Shown here: one piece after another, positions 50,882 through 64,000 of the stretch | Layout of the letters: every line of letters begins with the position of its first letter | How positions within the stretch are numbered: the first letter of the stretch is position 1 | Position numbers and translations under genes: made by a program | From: Glycera tridactyla | Lineage: Eukaryota | DNA length: 64,000 nucleotides | Direction: 5' to 3' | NCBI GenBank assembly: GCA_965644265.1 | Contig: OZ286462.1 | Location: 35,836,001-35,900,000 of the forward strand | The notes under the pieces: generated by a model | Database searches by the model: none | The model's input: the letters and a program-made list of their open reading frames with translations, nothing else | What the model was told of the DNA's origin: nothing

Positions 50882-53800
50882 CTGGCAATGGAAAATGTTC
50901 ATTTTCCATTAAACTGCACCATTAAGAAGGCCCAAGAGTTTTATTCACAATGAAATCTCAATAATGACTATTTATTGAATGAGTCAGAAGTACTTGAAGC
51001 TGAGATCATTTCCAATTGAATAAAGAAATTTTAATCATAGGTAAGAAAGAGTTGAATCAGTAAGCCTAAAATTACTGACACCAGGCTTATACAGTAAGCT
51101 ACCTAAATCCATCCAGGCGTGGTTTCATTAATCCTGACACTGATGAACCAAATTTCCCAACCAACGATATTATCTTCTAACCACTAACATGGATGTAATT
51201 TCCACAATCTTCTACAACTGCCAAATGTGAGGTGGTCACAACATTTTCCAAGGTTCACAAACAGGAGGGACCCATGGTAATGGATTGAAATTTCAATCTC
51301 TCACCCAATCTTCACATAACAGAATCAATAAATCCAAATGCAATCCATGCTTCTGGAAAATAGGATGGTATCATTCAATAACCGGAATTCCACCAATTTC
51401 TACATCAGAAATTCACTCTTGCACCTTCGGAAGACGCACCCATTTATTTGGTAATGAATGTGGTATGATAGGGGAGTAATATTTCCCCTTTTCTTTCTCG
51501 TTCTTAAGCGGTGTGTTTCTACGCATGTGTGTGTGTATTGGGGGGATTTTTCCCAGTTTCTGTATACTTATGGGAATCATCAGGTTAAGGACGAGAGTTT
51601 GTATGTCAACAGCCCCAACACAACAAGTGACACCAACACACACACATACATAGGGTGACCTAAAGAGTGCCAAACAAAAATACTGTCACGTGTATACAGA
51701 CAAATGGCCACCTCCTCCACTTGATCCTCGGTGGAGGCACTCTGTACCCATCGCAAACACAAAACAATGGGTCGTCATCTGTAGCCAACCCAGCACATAA
51801 AACAAAATATGCAGGATGCATTTCCCCATTAATCTATACCTATAAAGATATTTGCCAATTCGTGTACTTAAAATATCTTCTGGTCTTTGTTGGATGAACA
51901 AGGGCTGGCAATAAAGATTGTTCTATAGTCTGGTTTCGGTATGTACTATCCACTCTGCAAAAGACCTTCTTGGGAGTCAAGACAATGTGTGTGATCCAAT
52001 CTTGTATAGAAAAGACCGCCAGTGTACCATATCACCTTGTTGTAGATTGGGCAAAGTACTATTCTCGAAATGGCAACCATGTTTCTAGTCACCAATTCTA
52101 CAACATCCAGTCATTAAAGTGGCCATCACTGTATTATAGATGGTTTTATCTGAAACAGCATTCAGATTGATCTTAAACATGTAGATTGGGGCCATATTGC
52201 CTAGAATGGATAAATTTGTGGGATTCAGAAAAATTTACATTGATCCTATCGACCCAAATGACATGCACAGTTTCGGGATATTTGTAACCCGGCCAGTTGG
52301 TCGCACCAATCATTTAGTATTTGGATGAGTACATCTCAACCAGCCAAGAGAGTGTGATGAAAAATTTGAAAGGGTCAAGTTCAGGAACTGAAGTTCGAAT
52401 AGGAGAGGTCAAATATGCCATTCAAGGACACCAAGGAATATCCTAAATGAGATATCTGTTGGAAATATAACTGATTTGGTGATATGAGATATACAATGGT
52501 AAAAAGCTGTTGTGTATGCATGTGCATGTCCACAACACTGTTAAAAGCCTGCATTATTCATATATATGTAAAATACACACTGTCAGGGAGCCTGAGATAT
52601 AAACAAATCCAATGTCTAGGCAGTGCGTATACAGCCCAATCTATGTAACATACAAAGGACATGGCCGAGTGCCAAGCACAAATCCATGGAACATAAACTG
52701 TGAATCATGACAACACCAGTGTGACACTCACACCTCGATGCAGTGAAAGAAATCATATATATTTGTTGAATTAATTTTAAAAAATCGATCTATGTTTTGA
52801 CAGATCATTAACTCATTCAGGGCGCGACGAGATGGCCTCCCACCTGCCCGGGGCAGGTAGATTTCAAAGGTGGACAGGTTGATTTTGAAACCTACCTGCC
52901 TGATGGAGATTCAGCCATAGAATGCAGTGAATTATTTTGAGGATGACAGCCAACTATGTTCAGTGAAACCAGTGATGAGACAGCCTAAATGTCACCAAAG
53001 TGCGGTCTCTCGATGGGGTGCTCTCTCAACAGGGGTACATTTTATGTCAAATCGAAAAGCTGTTCTGAGAGAGCAGTCTCTCATTTGGGCTGAAATTTTG
53101 TTGTAGGTCTCGCGTTCCAGGTTCTAATGCAGCTGATTATGAAATAACATACATCTTTTATATGGATCATGACCACAAAGGTATAAATATGTACACGTAC
53201 ATAATATTTCTCCTTTAATCCTGCATGTGGATCAGCATCATGTCATTTGGATATTCTGTTCAGATTTCAGTTTACATTGCATAAGTAAGAGCAAATTTCC
53301 TTCACACAGCATAATATTTCATCAATCTCGGCAAGGTATCTTGGTGGTTATGTGTCCAATTTGACAGTGGAATGTTTATTTGGGATTATATTTGAATGTA
53401 TCATGCCTTTTGTACACTCAATAGAGTTAGCAAGCTCAAAGGCGCTTCATCACACCTGATTTGGCAAACCCCCAGTAACTGCTAGGTACAGGCTGGTATT
53501 TAATTGTTAGAAATATCTTAGTCCTGGCCCAATACCAAGTATTTGTTGGGATGTGTTCCATATGGTCATCAATTCATCTGATGAATCGATAAAATGAGCC
53601 ATAAAACTAGCCTGTGGACAGAACCACAGTGAAATCAATGATGCCCAGTCAGGTCTGACTTTTGATACAAACATTGAGGTCAACAAGGAGTCAAACTACA
53701 TAATAGATCGAAGATCAATGCACAGAATAGTGATTCTAATCAAACAAGTCTCTACCCAGCGAGAATAGACCAAGCTCTGGATATCAGTCCAGGTATACGA

Positions 53801-56800
53801 GGGTTGCAAACAATGAAAGTGACCGGTGACTAAAAAGGCTATATATGCTAAGTGATCAAAAGTTTTAGCACACAGCCAGTACTCCTTCAATTCGCACTTT
53901 CTCCATAGAAATCCACAACATTCAGGGTGTTCTGTTATAAACTTGATGAGAGAAAGCCTTCACAATTGTTCATGATCTTGTTGGCTAAATGAGTGAGTGA
54001 TGGAGATGGACATGGAAGATTGCTCAAGTGGCATATCGACTGTGATGGTCGCGATGGATGGATTTCCATGGTAACATCATGTTCTGGATCAATAATCGAT
54101 GAAAGTGGGTAATTTCCTGGGTGCACAGATGGGTGGAATAAATTGGGGTTTAGAAATGAGAGTGCTGTTTGGTGCAATGGGACGGCCATGAACTAAAAAT
54201 GTGTCATGGCTGCTGCACACCACATGCTAGCCTAGACTAGCAGATCAACATCTAGTTGATCTAGACTAATCGATCATCATGAGTTCATCACCATCATCCC
54301 ACCACCAGTCTCATCATCAGGGTTCATTGACAGAACATCTCCCATCACAAACGACCAATCTCAGCAGCGTCTCCCTTGCTATAATGCATGCAATGAAATA
54401 TTGGAGGAGTTAAAATACTGTCCAGGTGAAGTATCACTATGGAAATAGCTGACCGAAATGCATCATTCATTTCCTATCATGCGTGCACCTGTACTTTACA
54501 ATACTAGCTCAGCGGCAGCTCGTACAAGAGCACAAATTCAGCATAATGATCTTGATTTACAATACAGACAGGCTGCATAGATAAACTCAAATTTGAATTG
54601 GAGTGACTAGATTCAAATTTGATAAATTTTGAAAAGAACAACACCCAAAAGGAATATCAGAACACCTAAATCTCAGACGAAACAGATGCTACATCAATGT
54701 CACTCATGAAAAATGTGTCGAGCACGACAAATCACATGTTCCAAGTAAGATACAGAAATGAGGCCAAAGGGGGGATATTTCAGCAGGTGTTCAAACTCCT
54801 GATTTGACTGTGTGGAAGTCCCCGCTCACGTCCATGCACCATGGCCTGACTATTGTACCTGGTGTTCGGGCAAACAAGACTATCAGCTTCTGAGGTTTCA
54901 TCTGATATCTTGGTACATGCTGGTAGCATGTGTCATACTGTGAAATGACCTCAATCAATATCAAATGCTGGTGAGTTGACAGCATCTTTCACAGAGTTAC
55001 AGATGTTGCAATTTTCCATACTCATTCCCCATCAGCTGAAAATGAGGATTCTGCGATGCAAATTGTGGAGAACGAAAAGTTTCATGAAAATTTGCCGACT
55101 GCCCCCCATCCCAATATACTTCCAAAAGATGCATTCAGTCCAGGAAATTCTGGATTTACAGCTTGAAACTAAAGTTCATAACAATTACTTTAAAAAGCTC
55201 AATTTACTACACTGGGGAGACAATTTTGTCCAAGATTCACACAACAATCATGTGTAACAATGACAGGTGATACAACCTATCAATACAATAATGATTCCTG
55301 CTAATATCGTAAAATCGTGACATGCCTGCTGGGGATTTTTTTCATCATATTGTAAACTGGGTCACAGGTGTCCAGTATTGGAAACCTTGACCTGGTATTC
55401 ATTACATCAGTCTCTGCAGCTCCTCTAGTGGGCAGTCCAAACACTGAGTAAACAGAAGCTGAGTAAGAGCACTGAGCAAACCTCTACTGAGAGATAGATC
55501 CTGAGTAGGTGTGACCCACTATTACTGCATCCCATGCTAGACAAGTCAATATGTTGCCATGGTAACCGCATCCAGGTAGAGGATCAATAGGCTATTAATA
55601 GCGGCACACCTTGACTACTGGCATATCACTGATGAATGATGTATGTTTGTGGTGTTTAGCTATACCCTCTCTCTCTCTCTGTCTATGATAGCCACACAAT
55701 TCAGAGCTTCTAACACTGCTTGTACAGTGGAACCTGGAATCAGGTCAAGGGAATATTTGCAAATGAATCATAGTTATAGTTTTTTGGAGGGAGTGGTTTC
55801 TTGCTGTAGGGTTGGTCGATGTTGGAGAAAGTTTGGATCCATCTTTGCTATCATGCTTGATACACATTCGATTTGCCACATGAAAAATTCAATATCTTGG
55901 TGATAGTGGTCATCTTTCTATTTCGCTCAGATAATTCAACTCTTGACATGACATAAATATGTGAAACCAGAGGGGACATACTTCAGGATGAGATAATGTT
56001 AGTCCATTATTCTTCAACTTTTCCCAACAAAATGGTTTACCAGAGTCTTATTCATCACACCTGAAAGATTGAATGGACATAGGACTCCCCGTTTTATTGT
56101 GTTGAAATGGACAAATCTGGTGAGATGAAAATTGCATGGATATGCATGAAAATGGAGAGACAGCCACAATGTGTCATTTGACTGTAGAGGCAAGGTCAAG
56201 GGGAGCTGCAGAATTCTGCCAAGGAGGCCACAAGCCTGCTACTAACATGTCGCAAGCTGCATAAATCCACATAAATCCACGTTTATCGGCATCTGATGAT
56301 CCCCATCTCTGATCAATAAGACAGAAATAATTGCATCGGACTCCCTTCAGCATGGAATCCTACACAACCGGATCAATATTATGAAACCTGATTGGCTAAC
56401 TGACATTCTCCTGATGTTCACGCTGTCTGCTGCAGATCCACAACAAATCCAAAATGGTTGGGATCAATTTTCATAATTATCAAGTTGTCAATTTGGTGAA
56501 AACAACTGAAAGCCATTGTGCTAATTGTTTTATCAATGTATTTATAGAGGAACAAGGGGGATTATCACCTCATAAGGGATGGGGGTGTTAATTAACGGGA
56601 AATTAAATTTATTTTGCAGATGCATAGCTTGAAGGTCGAAATGACTAATTAGGGTAATCATGTCAATACACACCATGAATGACTCATTAAACATAGATTT
56701 TGCTGTGAAATATTGATTATTTTAGCCCTGGGGTGAGTATGGGGTCATGGTTGTCAAACTAGACACCCAAGTATCTGTGTCTAGGCAGCAGCTAATATTT

Positions 56801-58267
56801 ATTGTGGTACTGGCCATGTAAATGAGTTTCTTTCTCTTGTGATTCATGACTGGACTTCACTACCCCCTCAGGCTCACGACCCATGACAGCTGACATTACC
56901 TCATCCAGGCACCTGGGGGGTGAGTCACACAGGGGCTGGATGGGGGGGGGGGGTAATGATCACAAAGTAGTCACTGATCCTCCTGGACAAGCGCATGACT
57001 AAATAGTCCGCCAACATCTGAAGCCAGGACTCAGAAGCAGTAATATAATATCATCAGCACACTTCCAATAGAACATAGGTTATCTTAGGAGGAAGCAATG
57101 CATGGGGGGGGGGGGAGGGGGGTAGCTGTGTGTAACCATGATGAAAGCTGAGGTAGATAGATGTTGAACCTACATGTACTAGCATAGAATGATGGATTGA
57201 GTTTGTTAGGATCATTCAGTAATTGATGAAATCAGCTTGAATTATACATTCATATAAATATGTCTTTGTTGATCTCTGCAGTCACTTCAACTTCTCTTTG
57301 AAGATTTAACCGGGCTGAAATGATTGATTTCCTTCAGGCATTTGATCATGGGAATGATTCTTAGCTCGAATACATGGGCTAAATTTCATCAATTATCTAC
57401 GAATACATTTGACACAATGTCTCTGATAAGTCTTCCTATTTCATGGAAAAAACTTACAAAGTCATCGAATTCAGTGGTATGCTGGAGTGGAGACTGTGAT
57501 TTTCCATACAGCAGTTGTTATTGGGGAGATAAAGAGCTCAATCAGTGTCATCAGTGCTACTGTATATCCAAGAATGTGTTGGAGGTGCTAGTTTTAAGAG
57601 GGCATTCTGGCTCATATTATATAGCCTGTGTAAAGCAGACACCTGCATATCCTGCCAGGTCATGTGGGTCCACAAATGAAACTAGAAACTGTAGACTCGG
57701 CCCAATTTCCCTGAAATCATCATCAGCAGGATGTTTGTCTATTTATTTGGGTTGTCAGCCCGGGCTAGTCTCTAACTACTATCATGTTTATTTACATGCT
57801 GTACCAAATAGTCAGGATGTATATAGGACTAGTATATTTTTCTTCTCTGCCAAATGTTTTCTCAACTAAATGGCCTGACAACTCATTTTATAAATGTCTT
57901 CCCAGGCACCAGGCACTAACCAATATCATCAGCTCCCCTCTTTTCTTCCTCCTATTTCTTCTCTTTCTTTCTCTCATGATTCTTGTCTTGTTTCTCATGA
58001 TGTATGTTGCAGTGTATTTCCCACACCATTACTTCTTCCAGAACTCTAGCAGGGTAAATTGATTATCAGAACAATGATTATAAACAACTCATTGAAAAAA
58101 TGTTGTTAGTAATGATAAATGCTGCTGAGTTCTCTCCCTCATAAATTACAAATAAAGATGTCAATTACGCCCACATTTCATTGTCATTATGATGAATAGC
58201 TGATACTCGAAACTGACTGCAGTCTCCAATGATACATGTTGTCCTATGCATGTAACCCTATGCATTG

Positions 58268-58520
58268 AAATCTCCCAACATTTATTCCAATCTCCCAACA
58301 TCTATTGTGACCTCCAAACATTCAATGCAATTTCCCAACAACTGTCACAATCTCCCAACTACCATTGAAATCTCTCAACAAACATTACAATCTCCCAACA
58401 ACTGTTGCAATCTCCCAACAACTAATGCAATCTCCCAACCACCATTGCAATCTCCCAATTGCTGTAGCAAACACCCAACAACTGTTGTCATCTCATTACA
58501 ATCTCCCAACAACCCCTAAC
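58268..58520. repeat. Degenerate 20-bp tandem repeat (aatctcccaac core plus 9 variable nt), about 12 units
   Basis: aatctcccaac recurs at about 20-nt period. Confidence 0.85.
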
Positions 58521-61500
58521 AACTAATGAAATCTACGAGAAACAATTGCATCCTTCTAACAATCGCAATCTCACACCAACAATCACAATCTCACTACAAC
58601 CATTCCATTTTTGCAGCAATAACTTCAATTTCACAACACTGACTGGTACTGGACCAATGCTATGAGATATCTTTATCTCACTACTGGCCAATCCCAGATG
58701 CATGCCGGGTTAGCAGGTCAGGCTTTATGGTATTGTCCTATTGCGGGGATTCTCCGCTCCGCAGCACCAACTATCAATTATATATGGCCTCATTTCAAAA
58801 TTATGATGGCAAGCAAATTGGGTCAATGGATTCGAGGCATACAAATACATGAATTAAATGCATTCATCATACTTTTACAACACTCATTAACATTGTGTAC
58901 ATAGAAAAACATACATGTAGTAATTTATTCAGCCATGAACATTCTCCATAATGTTTGCGAACGTTCGTGGCTATGAACTAATGCCAGTGAGTTTACTTCA
59001 AGTAAACCTTGGCCCTCCAATGCAGTGAGGTTTTCATGGTATTTGGTATTCGGGACTTACCAGTGAAATGTACTTGCCATTCAGGCAAGTATTCATCATA
59101 ATCAAGATGTCCCAAACCGAACTGAACCTGCTACAGCTGATGGGGCAACTGCCAACTTCAAGCCCTTTTTCTACACTTTTCATATGAATTCATGCCACCT
59201 TGAGATGATCCAATGGTCATTTCAGACAACAGACTTCAGGATTGACACAAAAGATCAAAGTACACATACATGTATCTGTATGCATCTTCATTAATATCCA
59301 GAGCAAAGTACCATGAACCAAGTACAATTATGACAAACAAGGATATAATTTGTTCCTCAAACTAGGTTGCTTTCATAAGCATAAACTACCACCAGCATAC
59401 AAACATTGGTTCTGACCAGTCTCCAGATAGCAGACAAAAATCATCAAACGTTTCAAGAATGGGTTTGCTTATCAATTTTTTTTCTCTACAAACATGGTGG
59501 AATTGATATAGCCTCAAGCTTTTGACGTCACAGGACCACACAATTTGGGTCAGTTCCAACTGGCCTGTTTTAGATCTCACGTTGTTACATTCAATTATTA
59601 TTGAACCATGGCACTCCACACAGGATTCCACACTCACATGATGAGACTGGCGTGAAATCATAACCAAATGTTTTGTGTCATTTTTTGCTATACCATGCCA
59701 CAAAAATATGCCTCATTTTCGCGATCAGTGACATCCAACAAAAACTTGAACTTCGCCTGGAGACACCGATGTCATTGTATGGATGAAACACTGATGAGTG
59801 AGGAATGTGTTCATCGAGACAGAAAGAGTTCAGGAACAACTTGATACAATGTCCATGTACAATGATGAACAGTACAATGTACAAAGATACAAATCATTTC
59901 CATCTGTTCAGAGTGACTGGTGTCTGTCATGTTTTGTGGCATGCAAGTACAATATGAGGATGACAAAATGTTTTCACAGTCTGAGGAAATGAAAGCCAGA
60001 AGTGTGCATCATGATCACCAACCTCAAAATGGTTGGTAGATATCATGGTGGTCTGCACGAAACAGCTGTCAGTTCAAACACACCCTTAGCCACATCCTAC
60101 ATCAAGCAGGTCCACAATGGAGGCTTCTGTAGGCAGGTACCATTCATAAAGCGAGCAAATTTGACAGTACAGCTGTACATTCCTGTAAGGACACACGAAT
60201 TGGTAACCCTTGATTTTGCGGAAATCGTTCAAAAATGGGATGCACTTGTGAAATTCTTGTGAAAGAATGATGATAATTCTCATGCAGAATATCATGACGA
60301 TGGAATGGCACATTCACACACACCCCTCTCATAACTAAAAGAACAGAGAGTTGCACACATTCCAAGCAGTGGCCGAGATAGTCCTGTGTATTTATGCCTG
60401 TCTGGCTAGTGTAAACACGTCCATGTCCAGGTGCTTTTATTTACACACTATTTTTTCAAGTCGTATATCTTTTACAGGTTTGGCTCATAGTGAATACCTT
60501 TAAACAGATTTCGTTTACCCTCATAGACAGCTTAAATCTGTAGTTGGCGGTTAAACCCAATTTCATGCCAGAGTTTATCGATTTCACAGCAGAGTTTAGT
60601 GATCCATTCCCATACAAGACCCATTTATCCAGGTCCAACAAACAAAGCAGTTGCCCATTCAGCTGAGTGGAGAGTGGACTCAAAATGGCATGAGTTCTTG
60701 CAATTAGCATGATTTTCCGTAAAACCATGAAATTATGAGCACTCACACCATTTTGCTTGCACCTGTGCCAATACTGAAAGGGTGCAAGGTCTCAGATCCT
60801 TACTTTGGCTGCATTCAAATAACGAAACGTGAAATGTAAGGCAGTTAGCAAATATGATCATACCTGGACACTTTGGTATGATGAACTCAAAGCAAATATT
60901 TGATCCTCTGATATATCTATGTACTTGGTCAATATATTATTCATTCAATCAGACCTATACTGAGGATTTCATTTCATTTTATTCAATAAGCAGATTCCAC
61001 TGTACCAGTATCATAAAGGCTGAATATCCAAAACTGAATGTGATGATGACTTCTGGTGATCTTGAGTGACGAAACCCAGAAGAGGCCAAATTTCCTCACA
61101 AATCATAATCACCTTGTTTCTCATATCATTAGTGATTACAAAATCTGGTTCAACATCAGCTTCTTCAGGTGGAATCACCATCCTTCAATCACCCCAGTTC
61201 TTGACTAAATTCACACCACATGTGTAAACTTCTCAAAATGCATAACCTAGTTTTTCTATCCATGATTGAAAACTGATCCCAAAAAAACAATAACATTATA
61301 TTTTTCCTGATGCTCCAAACAACTGATCCAAGTTCAGAAGGAAAAAAGGGTTCATTTTCTTAGATTGGCCGCAGATTCTGGGTTTTGTTCTGTATTCACT
61401 GACAATGCAGGAATAAATGATTTGGGATGAAATAATGGGTCATAATTATTGCAATTCTCTGTGTCTGTCTGTATGTCTGTGTGTCTGTGTGTCTGTCGGT

Positions 61501-61522
61501 CTGTCTATGTGTCTGCCAGCCC

Positions 61523-61650
61523 NNNNNNNNNNNNNNNNNNNNNNNNNNNNNNNNNNNNNNNNNNNNNNNNNNNNNNNNNNNNNNNNNNNNNNNNNNNNNN
61601 NNNNNNNNNNNNNNNNNNNNNNNNNNNNNNNNNNNNNNNNNNNNNNNNNN
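61523..61650. other. Assembly gap or masked run (128 N)
   Basis: N run flanked by ctgt/ctgg tetranucleotide-like repeats. Confidence 0.99.
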
Positions 61651-64000
61651 CTGGACTGACTGGGTGGTAAGAGATGTCCGGAGTCAGGAGACTGTTGCCA
61701 GCCGAACATCAACCTATCAGCACTGCCTGTGATGTATAGGGTGAGTATCACACCTCGTCTGTTGGCAAACCTCCCAAACACAAACACCAGCCCATAAAGC
61801 CAAACTTCAAGTCAATATCCCTGATTTATATAAATGATCCTCGACATTTCTCACCTACCACCAACATTTGTACTTTTGAATCACATAAAAGGAGTCTTCA
61901 ACAACCACAGAAACACCATGAATTTCATTTAGTTGTAAGCACATGGAACAAGTTACAATGCCAGCTTAAGATTGCTGGTGCACCCCCACATTTTTGCCAT
62001 TTTGGCCCATCGATATCACCTATCATGGGTCCACTGGCCCAGCCTTTTTGTCCCTTTTTACCATTGACAAATAGTAGATAGCCCATCATTTCGAGTTATG
62101 GCCCATGGTATTTATAATTCATGGTCCTTATGGGCCCACTGACCTGTCAGAAAACTTGAAGCTCTGCAATATGATAACTAGCTATCTTATGATGCTAACA
62201 TTTATTCCAATCTAATAGTTGATGTCACAATTTTCAATGTTCGTGGCTACTGCCACTATCTGGACTATTTCATTTTCACCTCAAATACAGTGAGGTCATG
62301 TTGTCAGAAGCTGTAAACAATCACAGCTGAGCTGACCACAACTGACTGCAGAGAACTACTCTGGAAGGTTATTAATAGAGTCCAAAAGTCGCACTCCTTA
62401 CACAGCATACCCCCCACAAAGTCATGTCATACTCCCCACAAAGTCATGTCCATCTTCCCTTGGCATGTCTCTTCACATCTTGCTACAGTCTACACCATGT
62501 AACAAGGAGGATGTTTTGCCAGACTATATATAGTCAACTACCGAAACAAATGACTAACCTGTTACAGGCTGTAGATATAGTGAATCAAACTGCCTCTCTG
62601 AGCGTTACACATGCTATTATCATTCCGATATAGACCCGACTATACTGCCTACACACATGATTCCCAAGATTTCTGAATAGCCCTACACAATATTTTGGCT
62701 TTTATCACTCAAATCATAACTGATCTTGATCAAAGTCCAACAGAGCAAATACTGAATGTTGAGATCATAAATTCGATGGTATATTGCTTTTAATCAATCC
62801 ACAGTTCATGTCAGCACTCAAGAAATTCCAGATGAACCACCACTTCAACCACATGACCTCATAGTAAGGGCATGTGCTGACAAAACCACATCAAGTGGTT
62901 CGAATTCTCCAAGTTCATTCCCCATTACGAACTATTTAATCACACAAGATGCTGGTCAACAAACTAATTTTTATCACAGGCGATAATTCTCACTACACCA
63001 GTCAGATTCTCTTTTCAGAACTGGTGCATTTTCGATTTATTCTAGATTTTATGAACTAGAATATGGGATGGAAATGAACAGCTCTCTCGTAATGATGTCT
63101 GGGTGATGGAATTGACATGTGAACTCTTACAGTTGGAGGAGGTGTCATCTTGAACCCACATCATTGAATGTAATCCCACTAATTCATACCGAGAGCACGC
63201 CAAAGATTGTCACCTACACCTCAAGACTAACTCGTCCGTCCACACCCAGTCATCCTAGAAGTGTCTCCACATCAAATCTATCCACCATGTAATCAACCAA
63301 ATATGTGCATGTGAGATACTGATCTCTCTGTATATGCCACCTCCATCATTCCAATGCCACTACCAAAGGGTTTTAATCCCAAGATGCAGTTGTATGCATT
63401 CCAGTCATACGAAATCAATCTTGCCTGTCTTCATGATGCAGTGATGAAGATGGAAGCCGAATCATTCCTGAAGAATATTGACTGTTTTGACCAACTACAG
63501 ACACAAACATATATAACAAGAGCATTGCATGCACAGAATTTTGGTGGATTTTTTCAGTAGTTCTGTCCGAGGTTTTATCTCATGCTGCTATTTATCACCT
63601 ATCCATGAGAAATCCTCTTTTCCGAGATGAATTCAAGGTGTGAAAATTTCAGTTTCCACAAGGACAAATGAAGATACATACAAGACCTATCAACAAGATC
63701 TGACCAAGAGATCTTTAGCAGCGTACAGTGCATTCCAGAAGAATGAGCAGAGTGCAGCCAAAGAAAACGAAAGTCTTCATTGGAATTTGATGGGGGAACA
63801 TTTTTTCAAATTGATCAAGTATCTGACAATCCATACTGGCATTGGCATGTTTTAACAAACCCGATGCCACGCAAGAACCATGTCACATCCTCGGGAATAT
63901 CCACAGATCTCTATTGCTCAACAGGAGATCTTCCGCCACAGTCACGATTCCACTCCATCATTTTTATGACATCGAAACCTCCCAGCTGGTAACATGGGAG

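Noticed and set aside
54587-54622. Isolated short hairpins (12-bp inverted repeat here; also about 31275, 53570, 54242)
   Set aside because: Single AT-rich stems are expected by chance, and there is no associated element boundary.
57324-57869. 181-aa plus-strand ORF, the longest unexplained one
   Set aside because: TTG start, no domain, atypical composition; one ORF of this length is within chance for 64 kb in six frames.

Overview
This is animal (probably marine invertebrate) genomic DNA: AT-rich, intron-dominated, with three N gaps. It is not prokaryotic and contains no CRISPR array, rRNA or recognisable tRNA. The window is dominated by one large minus-strand gene, a Shroom-family actin/ROCK scaffold. 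Six exons splice with canonical GT-AG sites and matching phases: 45745-44906, 13354-11873, 10922-10796, 10314-10213, 9648-9475 and 9089-8826. Together they give about 995 aa ending in a clear ASD2/SD2 domain. The 5' end of the gene is not resolved, and a 31.5 kb intron separates the first two visible exons. The rest is non-coding: about 20 TA-flanked Tc1/mariner-pogo-like MITEs, hAT-like non-autonomous elements with 5- and 6-bp target duplications, a 27-bp minisatellite, microsatellites and decayed coding relics, including a Ulp1-like protease motif. I found no convincing new multi-gene system. The best leads are a candidate cassette exon, candidate alternative first exons, a 4x16-aa RRxS repeat in Shroom, a cluster of CTCF-like motifs, a possible nested antisense secreted-peptide ORF and three hairpins near the putative polyA site. 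All come from manual reading and need alignment or RNA-seq confirmation.
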